From positions 173,011,192 through 173,075,191 of the forward strand of contig NC_068982.1 of the NCBI RefSeq assembly GCF_001194135.2: DNA of 64,000 nt. Direction: 5' to 3'. Below the pieces are notes generated by a model. The model saw only the letters and a list, made by a program, of their open reading frames with translations. It searched no databases and had not been told where the DNA came from. The DNA comes from Octopus bimaculoides (taxonomy: Eukaryota). The position numbers were made by a program, and so were the translations under genes. Of this stretch, positions 38,281 to 52,079 are shown in pieces; position 1 is the stretch's first letter; every line of letters begins with the position of its first letter.

Positions 38281-38766
38281 CAGGCGTGGCTGTGTGGCAA
38301 GAAGCTTGCTTCCCAACCACATGGTTCTGGGTTCAGTTCCACTGTGTGGCACCTTGGGCAAGTATCTTCTACTAGCCCCAGGCTGACCAAAACCTTGTGA
38401 GTGGATTTGTTAGATGGAAACTGAAAAAGCCCGCCGTATATATATANNNNNNNNNNNNNNNNNNNNNNNNNNNNNNNNNNNNNNNNNNNNNNNNNNNNNN
38501 NNNNNNNNNNNNNNNNNNNNNNNNNNNNNNNNNNNNNNNNNNNNNNNNNNNNNNNNNNNNNNNNNNNNNTATATATATATATATATATATGTTTCTCCCC
38601 CTCCACTATCGCTTGACAACCGATGTTGGTGTGTTTGCGTCCCTGTAACTTAGTGGTTCAGCAAAAAGAGACCGATAGAATAAGTACTAGGGTCGATTTG
38701 TTTGACTAAAGGTCGTGCTCCAGCATGGCCACAGTCAAATGACTGAAACTAGTAAACCAATAAAAG
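38281..38766 (+). mobile_element. SINE family A, full length
   Basis: caggcgtggctgtgtggcaagaagcttgcttcccaaccacatggttctgggttcag...gtgctccagcatggccacagtcaaatgactgaaac; gap in the internal microsatellite. Confidence 0.85.
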
Positions 38767-39106
38767 TATCTTTATATTTAAAGCTGTGGCCTTTGGGTTC
38801 ATTCTTATTGCTTTCTTAATTAATTAAAAATGTTTTCCAGACCTTCGTTTAATTTTTTAGCTGTTCAGATCAACTGCAAGTGGGTTTTTTTTGCATATCT
38901 TGACCATTCACTTAATTTTTTTTTTTTGTTTCTTGGGCCCAAGAAGTAAGAATTGGCTCTGGCAGTGATAGTTCTCTGTAAGCTGGTTAGATGTGAGGTG
39001 CCACACTCTGCCTCCAGTCTTCTTTATAGATGAATACTGAACTGTTTGTTTTTTTACTTTAAAGAGAAATGCTCTCTCTCTCTCTCTTTCTGTCTGTCTG
39101 TCTCTC

Positions 39107-39144
<38 letters not shown>

Positions 39145-40321
39145 CTGTTTTTTTGCTTTATGCCCAATATTACGTCTCCTTATCTTTCTGCATTCCTGCT
39201 TTCTTCTATAAGCGTTTGCCTGTTGATAGCAATAACAGTCCTACATAAACTCATGCGTGTGTGCATACACACATCAACAAGCACCCATTGAATATGTATG
39301 CATGTAAATCCAGTCACACACACACACACACACACACACACATAACACTAACCACGTCCACCCACTATAGCTATGTCATCTCTAGTGTCCCACATTTGCC
39401 TGCTGCACTTGTGTGCAACTAGCGCATTATTTTCTGTACACTATTGTCACTCAGCAAACTCGCCATCCAACTACAGTGCATGCAGCACTCCATTAATGCA
39501 CTTTGCATGCAGATCAGCTGTTTTGTTTGTGACCTGTATATGCACTACTGATGACTCAGCACATATGCACACGCACTTCCAGGAATTTCACTGGCACAAA
39601 ACACTGCACTCACACATCACCATATAATCCACATTGCACCGTAATCACACACACAAACACATTTAAATACTGTACTTGCATGCAACACCATGCACATATC
39701 ATTTGTATACTGTACTCGTACAGAGCTTCAGAACACTATACACCTCTTCAAGCATGCTTACTCACCTGTAGATATATGTTGTTTCTCATTCTAATTCAGT
39801 ATCAGTCTCTTATGTGTGTGTGTGTGTCTTTGCATTTACATATATCTGTGTGTAGGGATAACTGAAGGGCAAAGAGAACAAAAGCCATTTGAATCTCATT
39901 CTGTATTCAGCTCTGTTTATTATCAGCTATAGACGTAAGACATTGCCAAAGTCTGTGTCTTTTTATTTGCATTTCATTCCGTTCCCAGCGAAAAGCCTCC
40001 GTTAGTTCCACCCTCCAGAGATTTCTCTTAGTGTATGATGTTTAGAATAAACTGCTATCATGTCTTATTTTTGGGTGCAGAATGTTTGATGTATTATTCT
40101 ACATTAATTTAGACTACTCAACTGTCTTCTGTCTTACCCTAAGGATTATTGTCCCTCTTTGACCACCCTTAAAAAAATAGGTCCCTTAGTTCATAGGAAG
40201 TGTCCAAGCTTGTTATAAATTCCTACTCTGACATATCAGGTTCTTTTTCTTTTGTTCATGAGCTTAGTATGTGGGTAAGAGTACTTTGAAATATAACATT
40301 CTTTGTATTTTTTTTTTTTAT

Positions 40322-40515
40322 TGTATTTGTTTCAGTCATTTGACTGTGGCCATGCTGGAGCACCACTTTTAGTCATACAAAGCAACCTTAGGACTTATTC
40401 TTTGTAAGCCTAGTACTTATTCTATTGGTCTCTTTGTCCAAACCTCTAAGTTATGGGGATGTAAACACACCAACATCGGTTGTCAAGTGATAGTGGGGAC
40501 ACAAACACAGACACA

Positions 40516-40567
<52 letters not shown>

Positions 40568-40733
40568 TATATATATATATAACGGGCTTTTTTCAGTTTC
40601 CGTCTGCCAGATCCACTCACAAGACTGTGGTCAGCCCGAGGCTATAGTACAAGACATTTGCCCAAGGTGCCACGCTGTGGGACTGAACCCGGAACCATGT
40701 GGTTGGTAAGCAAGCTACTTACCACATAGCCAC
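40322..40733 (-). mobile_element. SINE family A, full length and ungapped
   Basis: Head, CORE-like segment, (CA)n/(TA)n and tail all present. Confidence 0.88.
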
Positions 40734-40906
40734 TCTAGTGCATTCCTGTACATTCTCTATCATTTTAGTAGTTCAGTCACTGCACTGTGGCCATGCTAAA
40801 GCAACACTAGAGATCTGGTCAGTCATGTCGATGCATCCACTCCACTAATGCATTTCAGTTCACTAATTATTTTGACTTAGTTACGTCTTTCAACACTCCA
40901 CCAGTC

Positions 40907-40947
<41 letters not shown>

Positions 40948-41090
40948 GCACACTGATATTCATGAATATAGTCATGATCCTAACAGTTGAACTTCAAATA
41001 GATAAAGCTATAAGTAAAAGCATGCAAATACTGTGGTTCATAAAAAATTTTTAAAAAACCTTGGATAAATTAAGTTAAAGGCTCCAAACA

Positions 41091-41127
<37 letters not shown>

Positions 41128-41429
41128 GGGCTTCTGTACAGTTTTTATCTATCAAAATTCACTTAGAAAGGCAGTTTTCAATGGTACTATGCACTGAACT
41201 AGACACCTCCACCTATATATGCATGTGCACACAGGTGTTAGTGGCCAAGCACAGCCTTAGCACAATTACTAAGATCAGTTAGTGGGTGTGTAGATGTACA
41301 TATATATATTTTTGTTTCCCTGATTATAATAAAGGAGAATATGGGGGTGTATTCCTTGAGCATGGGTTGATTTAGATTAAAACTCTCACAGGTTTATATC
41401 AATGATAGTAGCCACATATGTATATAATG

Positions 41430-41462
<33 letters not shown>

Positions 41463-41940
41463 ATAGATTAGATAGATAGATAGATGGATGTGATAGCATG
41501 CAGTACATACACACACAAACTCAAACACGCACACACACACATATGCATTACATTTTGTGTGTCTGTGTGAATGTTTGATAAATTTATGTGTGTAAGTATG
41601 AAACAGAGAAGGGCTTGGCTATTTTCTCACTCTCAATAAGAATTGGCCTTGTGCCTGAATCAAAAGAAATCACTATTATGGTGATTGTGGAACAAAGAAA
41701 AGGAATAAACAAGAACAACATAAAAATAGAACAAGCCAGCTTTGTTTTATTTAGTTCAATGAAGTTTTTGCCACTCTTACATACTGGTCATACATATATA
41801 TATATACACCCACTACTGCTGACATTACTACACATGTGTATGTGTGTGTGATATCCACTCTACTCAACACGTGTATGGAATCCTCATTTGAACCGTAGCT
41901 GTCCCAGTTCTGTACTGATTTATCCCATTATCATTATCCT

Positions 41941-42256
41941 GACATCCCAGTGGTTATGACGATGAGGGTTCCAGTTGATCCGATCGACGGAACATCCTGT
42001 TTGTGAAATTAACGTGCAAGTAGCTGAATACTCCACAGATACATGTACCTTCAGTGTAGCTCTCAGGGAGATTCAGCATGACACAGAGTGTGACAAGGCA
42101 GGCCTTTTGAATTACAGGCACAGTGCATTTTTGCTAGTTGAGTGGACTGGAGCAACATGAAATAAAGTGTCTTGCTCAAGGACACAACGCCTTGCTGGGA
42201 ATTGAACACACAATCTTATGATCATGAGCCTTTTACCACTAAGCCACGTGCCTTCA
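41941..42256 (-). mobile_element. Family E-related SINE with a different central domain
   Basis: Shares its 3' ~180 nt and tRNA-like head with 20323-20710, but the centre is gttgtgtccttgagcaagacac...ttgctccagtccactcaactagc. Confidence 0.75.
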
Positions 42257-42276
42257 TACTGATTGTTATATACATG

Positions 42277-42323
<47 letters not shown>

Positions 42324-43045
42324 NNNNNNNNNNNNNNNNNNNNNNNNNNNNNNNNNNNNNNNNNNNNNNNNNNNNNNNNNNNNNNNNNNNNNNNNNNNNN
42401 NNNNNNNNNNNNNNNNNNNNNNNNNNNNNNNNNNNNNNNNNNNNNNNNNNNNNNNNNNNNNNNNNNNNNNNNNNNNNNNNNNNNNNNNNNNNNNNNNNNN
42501 NNNNNNNNNNNNNNNNNNNNNNNNNNNNNNNNNNNNNNNNNNNNNNNNNNNNNNNNNNNNNNNNNNNNNNNNNNNNNNNNNNNNNNNNNNNNNNNNNNNN
42601 NNNNNNNNNNNNNNNNNNNNNNNNNNNNNNNNNNNNNNNNNNNNNNNNNNNNNNNNNNNNNNNNNNNNNNNNNNNNNNNNNNNNNNNNNNNNNNNNNNNN
42701 NNNNNNNNNNNNNNNNNNNNNNNNNNNNNNNNNNNNNNNNNNNNNNNNNNNNNNNNNNNNNNNNNNNNNNNNNNNNNNNNNNNNNNNNNNNNNNNNNNNN
42801 NNNNNNNNNNNNNNNNNNNNNNNNNNNNNNNNNNNNNNNNNNNNNNNNNNNNNNNNNNNNNNNNNNNNNNNNNNNNNNNNNNNNNNNNNNNNNNNNNNNN
42901 NNNNNNNNNNNNNNNNNNNNNNNNNNNNNNNNNNNNNNNNNNNNNNNNNNNNNNNNNNNNNNNNNNNNNNNNNNNNNNNNNNNNNNNNNNNNNNNNNNNN
43001 NNNNNNNNNNNNNNNNNNNNNNNNNNNNNNNNNNNNNNNNNNNNN
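42324..43045. other. Largest assembly gap (N-run)
   Basis: 722 Ns after a (TA)n run. Other gaps at about 3963, 19261, 21741, 27041, 33023, 35292, 38447, 52104, 52902 and 57840 also mostly abut simple repeats. Confidence 0.99.
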
Positions 43046-44084
43046 CAAGGACTCAGCAGGTAGTAGATGTTATGATTTTATATGAATTAAACTGATGAAG
43101 AAAACAGATTTCACACATTCTTACAATGCATACAATATTAGTTTTACCTACATCCCCCCCCCAAAAAAAAGATCTACATAATTATAATGAGTACAGTAGG
43201 TGTATGTAAAATGTGTGTGTGTGTGTGTGTATGTAAGTGAAATTGTTTCAGTATACATGCGAAAATATGTGGGTCTAGCGATACAATTTTGTCTTTGTAC
43301 ATGTGTTAATGTTGTAGGGTTGTGTGACTTGCACTCACATTCAAATGTAGCGGCATCAAAATATATGGTGTTTGTCTGTAGAGTAATATATATGTATAGT
43401 TCCAAGTTCAGGAGACCCAGAACTACATGCATTATCCAGTGCCTTCGTTTTTTTGAGGCTGTTGATGTAATGCAATAAAGATTTGACTGCTATTTCTAAC
43501 CATTTGAGCAACCATGAGATGTTCTCACATTAACTTAAAGGTGTGTGTATGTTTCTATATGTGTATTTGTGTATGCATATATGTATATGAATGTATGGAA
43601 AAGTGGATGTTAAAAAATAATGGTTGTGATGATGATGATGATGATGATTATGTATGTATGCATGTATGTATGTATGTATGTATAGATACATGTAATTGTG
43701 TATTTATGGAAGTATGTTTGTTATGTGGTGTGAAAGGGTTACAGTGTATATATGCATGTGTTGTGTTGTTTTCTTGTATATGTGAGAACATATGTGATTC
43801 AGAATACATAACATTGTGTGTGTGTGTATGTATATAAGTTAATGCGATAGTGACATGTCTATGTGTAGTGGGAGAATTTGTATTTTATGCATATGAGAGT
43901 TAGTGTGTGGGTGAGTAGGTGTGTGTATACATGCATAAATTTGATGAGCATGTGTGTATATTTTTGAGCGGCCAAGTTTCACTGTGTGAAAGCAAATTTC
44001 CATGTGTGTGTGTGTGTGTGTTGGAGTTAATGTATGTTTGAATCTGGTATGTGTGTGTGTACCAGGAGATGGGAGTTCTCTATT

Positions 44085-44220
44085 TAACCTGAAGTGATTC
44101 CTGATCCAACAGACTTTATGACGACAGGCATTCCAACATGACCATCCTGTTAAAGATGGTGGAATGGATTGTCAGTGATTTTTGAGGGAAACTTGACCAC
44201 TATTTCTAGCAGGTTGATGT
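44085..44220 (+). repeat. Unclassified dispersed repeat family F (representative copy)
   Basis: A motif like atttggctgctatttctagc and/or ttaaccccagg recurs at about 8850-8905, 26285-26400 (minus), 43480, 60220, 61340-61520 and 61560-61760. Confidence 0.5.
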
Positions 44221-44324
44221 CCATTGTGTGTGTATGTTTATTGATGTTATCTGTAACCTTTTAAAAAAAACTACATCAAGAGCTTTTAAGTAATCAAATA
44301 TCATTTACTTTTCTTTCAGTAAGT

Positions 44325-44360
<36 letters not shown>

Positions 44361-46155
44361 GGAAGGAAGTGGTATTCTGAGGTTAAGAGCTATTAAATAC
44401 CAAACCATGTGGTGATGTGTTCAATCTGTGCAATATCTTATTTGAAACTTTTTTTCTCGGAAAGTCGTTTATGAGTGGTTGTCTGTGTTTGTGATAATTT
44501 GTAACTGTGAAGAGCTAGCTATTAAATCCTGAACCATCTCTCCATGAGTTCAATCATTTTCTCACTTGTTTACAATAAATAAATGATTACTGTACTGTAC
44601 TGCCCCACTGCACTTTCCCCTCCCCTCGCTCTTTATTCTTTCTGCTAATTTAGCTTTATTTTGGAAACAATTTTCCCATTATGAATAGCACTGCGAATAA
44701 TAGGAACAGCATAATCTTCTCCACCCTCCTCAAAGGAATGAAAAAAAATTGTCAGATCTACACATAGCATATATATCTACACATGTTGAAACAACCTGTA
44801 TAGATATACATGCTATGTAGAGGTTCGAGATAAGTCTGGTATCAACGTTTGTTTCAATATTTTGTCTTGTTAATTTTATCAAAAAGTGTACCCCCAAATT
44901 AACTTGTCACCATTAAAGCAGCGTTTTACAGCCAAAGTCCTTCCAAGTATGAATCCTTTATTTGCCTGTTACAAAATACAGGGATGTAGTGTACTTATTC
45001 TAAAAACTAGAATGCACTCTGTTCCTGTCGTTTATTGTTGTATAAGGGTCAGTGGATGGCATGATTGCTAGTAGCACCAAACAGAGAGATGTTGATATCT
45101 TAGTTGATGCTCATGGACATATAAGAGGTATACCTCATTTCACCAAGGAGTATTTGAAAGAAGGATGTTTTAGTGTATTCACAGCTTAACAACACACAAG
45201 TAGAAATGCAAACACTGGCAAACGAAGAAAAAAAATCAGACATTTACAGTGAAAATATACCATAACTTGAATATAGTAGTTAAACGTTTCAAATGAAAGA
45301 CAAAATTAGCTTGATGAAAGCAGAAAGTATTTTCGTAGGTAAGTTTTCTAGTCATGAGTGTTTTGTAACAAGAAACTTTAATCATCTTAAAAATTTGAAA
45401 GTTCATCAGCGCCATCCTTCTCAGATCACATCATTTTTGGTGTTGGTATGAATGTCTTCAAATAATGCTTCATATTTAGTGCCATCAAGTGTATTAAAAA
45501 TCCCATACTTGTTAAAAGCTTTCACAGTAATTTCATTTTCTACTCTTTCCCTAGATTTCTTCCCTGCCTTCCACACCTATGGAACATTGCGACATCCACA
45601 CTGTTTCATGTTTTTGCATGCAGTTTTGAAATAGTGTGTGTGTGTGTGTGTGTGTGCATGCACACGTATTTATAAGTTACAATAGGCCTGTTAGACCACC
45701 AGAATGACAACTACTGGCAAGTTCTCTGTTCTGCTGCTTTTTTTTAAGGCTTCAGTTTTGTGTACCCTGAACTGATTCCTAAACCAGAATATTGTTTTTA
45801 GGTCAAGTTTTTCATGTCAATATTAAATATTGTGGTAGTTTTGTGCCATCAGCACAACAGGCTGGAACTATTGTAGTGTCTCCATTTTCTTATTCAAATC
45901 CTATCAAGGCCGACTTGGTTGTTCTAATTTCCAGGATCAATGAAACAAGTACTGGGTTGGAGTTGATATAATTGATCGCTCTCCTGCCCACCTCACCAGC
46001 TGTTTATGTAATAAATTATCATCATCATTGTATCTTCAAACACTGACACATATATGGCACAGTTGCTGCTGTCTAGATCACAGCAATGTTTTGGGGTTAT
46101 GATCCAACCCCCCTTTTTGGAAAAAATTTAAAGAATTGAATTTTAAAAAAAATGA

Positions 46156-46473
46156 CAGGCTTCGTTGTGTGGTAAGAAGCTTGCTTCCCAACTACACATG
46201 GTCCTGGGTTCAGTCCCACTACGTGACACCTTGGGCAAGTGTCTTCTATTATAGTCTCAGGCCAACCAACGCCTTGTGAGTGGATTTGTAGATGGAAGCT
46301 TAAAGAACCCCCTCATATATATGAATATATGTATATATTTATGTGCATCTATCTTTGTCCCCTCGTCATCACTTGACAACCAATGCTGGTGTGTTTATGT
46401 CCCCAAAACCCTTTAAGGTAGTGCTCCAGTATGGCCACAGTCAAATGACTGAAGCAAGTAAAAGAATAAAAGA
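46156..46473 (+). mobile_element. SINE family A
   Basis: Head, CORE-like segment and shortened tail. Confidence 0.8.
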
Positions 46474-48222
46474 ATATTATACATATATTGAGTACAAATT
46501 TGGAATATCCCACCCTTGATTTTCACCAGTTATACAAACAATGTTCCTTATATTTGTTATCTGGTATGACAAAAGATATAATAAATAAGTGATGCATAGT
46601 AGATGTAGATATAACTTCCATTAATTATGATAAGGAGACGGAATATGAAAAGTTACTTCAGAAAGTAAAACTGCTACCCACTGTACTTTGATTAAAGTAA
46701 GTATTCTTGAAAATTTAGAGTTCTCTGAATTTATCCTGGTAGAATAACAGTTGAAGAATCCCAAACATTTCTTTCTTAACATATTTTAGATTTGCTTCCA
46801 TTGTTTCTTGAAGACTAGATTCTTCTAGATGTATACATAATGTAACGAGTGGGTCTTTTAGATGTAAAGACCTCAAATATTAATGTAACTTTTAGTTCAG
46901 CGAGAAAAAGCAGGCTCTTTTGTCCAGACAGAAATAGCAACCAACTCTCTCTCTCAAATCACATCTCACTGTATTGAGAGAGGAAAAGAGGAAATGGATA
47001 ATGTATGTGATCCTAGATATAATTCTAAAAAGCCAACAGTAGGATTGGTTGTTTGCTCAAATGCCTTTTGTCATAGGGTTTGTTCATCAACCAGGGCTGA
47101 TCTGGAGTTAAACCGACACCTCCAGAGTTCACAAGGTTGCAAGTTTTCAGGTTAGATCCCCCCCCCCCAGTTCCCTTCCTACCTGGGTTTGTAATGCTGG
47201 CATTGACCTGTAGATGTTCAGGCCAAGCATCAACCTCTTCAATCTCAGCAGCCAACCTAAGAGGGCCTGAAAAGGTCATGGGAACTGCCCCTCCTCCCCT
47301 AACTAGCTCACAACACACACACACACACATTATTAACATGGTGAAAATCTGGGTTTGATCATTCCTGAGTGATTTAATATTAGAAACACAAAGCAAGCAA
47401 ATAGTGCTAAATTAGTCTGAACAGTACTTTTACATTCATATATATATATATATTTAAGTATTCCATCTCTTATACAAATATTTTATTATTATGAACCAGT
47501 AGTTTATGTGTTCTTGATATATAGTTTAAATCCTTGCTAATCTTATTAACTGCAAAGATTATTATCTACAGTGGTGGATTAGAGGAGAAAAACCATTTGT
47601 ATTCAATTGCTATATTGTTTAGATTGAAATGAATTGCATTTGGCTGGATTTCATCTGTATTCACCTTAGCAGGGATCTCTGTGGCTCTGATGTTTGAATC
47701 TATTTAGGTATAGACAGATAGATAAGTGGACAATAGTCTGTTGGCTTAGACAGAGTTGATAGATTGACAAACAGCATAAACTATTGACAGATTGATTCAT
47801 TCTACCTTCAGCTTGATTAACTGATAAGATGTAGAATGGATGGATGAATAGTTTGTTAAATGAATTGATCGATGTACTAGCTGTGGAATACATCAACAAA
47901 TAGAGAAGAAATACATAAATGTGTATAGAAAAATAGTCGAATTTCGAAATGAAACGTCTTTATGTTAAAGATGTCAGTGAATTGGCATATTTTGATAGAA
48001 AGTAATAAACAGAGAAATGGTAGATGGTATAAATGCAAGATCTCAGTTAACATATATGTGTGTGTGTGTGTTTCTCTCTCTCTGAAGAGATAGTCTGAAT
48101 AAAAGATTTGACACAGAAAATGTATATAAGATAGTATGAATAAAAAATTTGGCACAGAAATGTATATTATTGTATTGCTGCTACTGAGCATTGTAAATAA
48201 ATTTCACTTATGAACTAAATGA

Positions 48223-48276
<54 letters not shown>

Positions 48277-48349
48277 AATTATAAACCTTTACACATACAT
48301 ACTCACTCTCACCAACCTTACTTTTCAAAATCTAGTGATAAATTCACTA

Positions 48350-49430
48350 GTAAGTTGCCTTGCCATACCTATTCCCTTCCTCATTCCTGAGGGTCGGGAA
48401 CCATGGACATATGCATCACTTCCCTCTGTCAATTCTTGCCTTTCGCCATGGTTGTACATTCCATTCAGTCTTAGGTCTTCCAGTCCATTCTTTGAAGACA
48501 TTATCATGACAGGAAATCATATAATTCGCTCTTCTGCGTTGTTTGCTGTTCCCCATCCAAATTTTCTGCTCACCCTTATATCTGTCAATCTTGTTCTTTA
48601 CTTCAAGCATTGAAGTCTCCTGCAATACTTGGCATTGGACCTAGGTACTTGGATTCATTCATAGAACACTTGTATTTGATTCTCATTTGTGTCTGTGGAT
48701 GGAGTATAAACCTGGAGAAACGAAAGGTTTAGAACTTTGATACATGTGTATATAAGCTTCTCATTAATTGGTTGATACAAGATCATATTGAGTAGCCTCT
48801 TGTGAAAGGAGAACTCCCATTCTTACTGTTCTATTCCTGAGTACATGATTAGGTCACCATCTGCTTTAGTGAAATGTCTGCATTCCAATCTAGAGGTCAA
48901 GTATGTTGATTTTATATCTCTTTTCTTGGGTGACATTATACAGTTTTCTTGCCTGGTATAATACTTGAGCATTCCAAGTTCTTTTCCATACAGTGATTGT
49001 CTTATTGTCTTCTCTTATCAGCATCAGACCTTCTGCTGTGCCAGGTTGAGTTTAACATGTTACTTATTCGATGGCTTAATGAAAGTATAAAAAAGCTCCC
49101 TCTAACTTTTTCTACAGTTGGGTCTCCATCAGAAAGTTAGTTTGGAGTGGGGAATGCATGATTTATGAGTTGCTATGGTCAGAAGCTGTGCATTTCTATA
49201 TCAAGTTGTCCTGAATTTTCCAGAGTCATTGCCTGAATGCTTGCACTGGGGGAACTCTATTACAAGAACAAGGGTTAGGTCTAATTCACCCTTTACTGCT
49301 AATACCTTGATAACCATCCTCTAGATGTGGCAGGAAGCCATCAAAACACAAAGGGACTCTAAAAAGCACAAAGGCAAAGCAGAAAATTTAACTCTTTCAC
49401 CACATGTAAAGTTTAGCCATGAAAAACTGC
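48350..49430 (-). mobile_element. Internally deleted RTE-clade LINE fossil
   Basis: APE N-terminus TWNAQVLYQARKLYNVTQEKRYKINILDL (within 49000-48893), RT motif NESKYLG (about 48659-48639) and C-terminal KIWMGNSKQR..GRPKTEW..ARIDR (48416-48625 ORF). The extent of the 5' non-coding part is a guess. Confidence 0.75.
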
Positions 49431-49485
49431 ACACATACACAAATAATTAAGCAGACTAGTTGTAAATTATAAACTAAGTAATTAG

Positions 49486-50040
49486 CACATTATTTACATT
49501 ATTTACATTTGACAGATATTTGTCCTCATCTTTGTTGTTAACACGTTTCGGCTGATATACCCTCCAGCCTTCTTCAGGTGTCTTGGGGAAATTTTGAACC
49601 TGGGTTCTATTTCCAAGGTATTTTTTGATGTTATTATTATTATTATTATTATTATTGTTGTTGTTGTTCAGGTCACTGCTTGGAATCGAACTTGGAATCT
49701 TGGAGTTAGTAGTCTGTGCTCTTAACCACTACGACATATGCCCGTGGGTTAACCACTACACCATATGCCCGTGGGCATATGTCGTAGTGGTTAAGAGCGC
49801 AGGCTACTAACTCCAAGATTCTGAGTTCGATCCCAAGCAGCGACCTGAACAATAATAATAATAATAATAATAACATCAAAAAGTACCTTAGGAATGAGAA
49901 TCCTGGTTCGAAATTTCCCCCAAGACACCTGAAGAAGGCTGGAGGGTATATCAGCTGAAACGTGTTAACAACAAACAAGATGAGGACAAATATCCGTCGA
50001 TTATAAATAATGTACATAATTCCTCATCTTTTAAATATAG
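49486..50040. mobile_element. Palindromic Penelope-like/SINE hybrid insertion with hammerhead-like motifs
   Basis: TSD AACTAAGTAATTAG (49472-49485 and 50041-50054). Inverted arms 49489-49743 and 49773-50020. tRNA-like A and B boxes at 49780-49790 and 49823-49834. CUGAAGA..GAAAC cores at 49929-49961 (plus) and 49577-49545 (minus). Confidence 0.85.
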
Positions 50041-50526
50041 AACTAAGTAATTAGTATTAACTGTTGTAGTAATGAGTAAAGAAATTGAAGGGTAGCTTCT
50101 TGGTGGTGGTGGTGGTGGTGATTAGTAAATTCATTATTAATCTGCTCACCTTAACCACTTCTCACTAATCTTAAACCTAGCTGAAGTAATCAATATTTCA
50201 GGTGATGATGGTGTTGTGATAAAGATGGTTGAGCACTGGACTGAACACCTGGCTGTATTTACTTTGCTTTCTCTATAATCTTATGCAAATCCGGCAAAAG
50301 TACAAGAATTGGGGAACTGTTTTTCATCCTTTGTCCAGTTGATTGAAATAAAATGGATTAGTAATGAACAAAGATTTTCCATTTCATTATCAATGTTCGA
50401 TTTTGTTTCCTGGAAACCAGTGAATTAATAAAGTTGTTTAACTTTTTATAAATTTCTTTTTTTTTTACTCACAAGAATATGGCAGGAGTAAATTGTGGAA
50501 TCTATTATTAGGCAAGATAAAAGTGT

Positions 50527-51620
<1,094 letters not shown>

Positions 51621-52030
51621 GAAAACTTACAATAAATTAGCCACAAGGAGCGGGGGGGGGGGGACATACCTCTCAGTTTTCAAAATTTTCATCCCCCTGC
51701 CTCCATATAATAAAACTTTGTATAACAATCATGCTAATCCATATGGATATGGATTAAGAAAATAGCTGCTGCACAACAAAGAAAGATGTATAATAATAAT
51801 AATAACAACAACAGCAACATATGAATGTGCCAGTCAATTATTTTGGTTTTTTTTGTTTTTTTTCTTACTTTTTTTTTTAGGGTAAAATAACCCCCTTCCA
51901 AGTAAATAGAGCTATGTTCTCTTAGTAATTGTCTCCTGGCAGCTCATCATCTGTCTCTCTTTCTCTCTGTTGCCAGCCAATTAAAAGTGAATCCTTTCTG
52001 TGGCTTTTCTCATCTCTCTTCCTTTGTCAG

Positions 52031-52079
52031 CAGTTTGAAATAGCTTAAGCATTTTGTTATTGTTGTCAAGATGTCTAAG
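52031..52079 (+). other. Candidate 49-nt non-coding 5'UTR exon of the NR1J gene
   Basis: Long pyrimidine tract ending in a CAGCAG tandem acceptor (52028-52033) and a strong AAG|GTGAGG donor 49 nt later. No transcript evidence. Confidence 0.4.

Noticed and set aside
49773-49847. Functional tRNA gene
   Set aside because: A and B boxes are present, but I could not fold a full acceptor stem or cloverleaf; like the other SINE heads it is tRNA-derived, not a tRNA.
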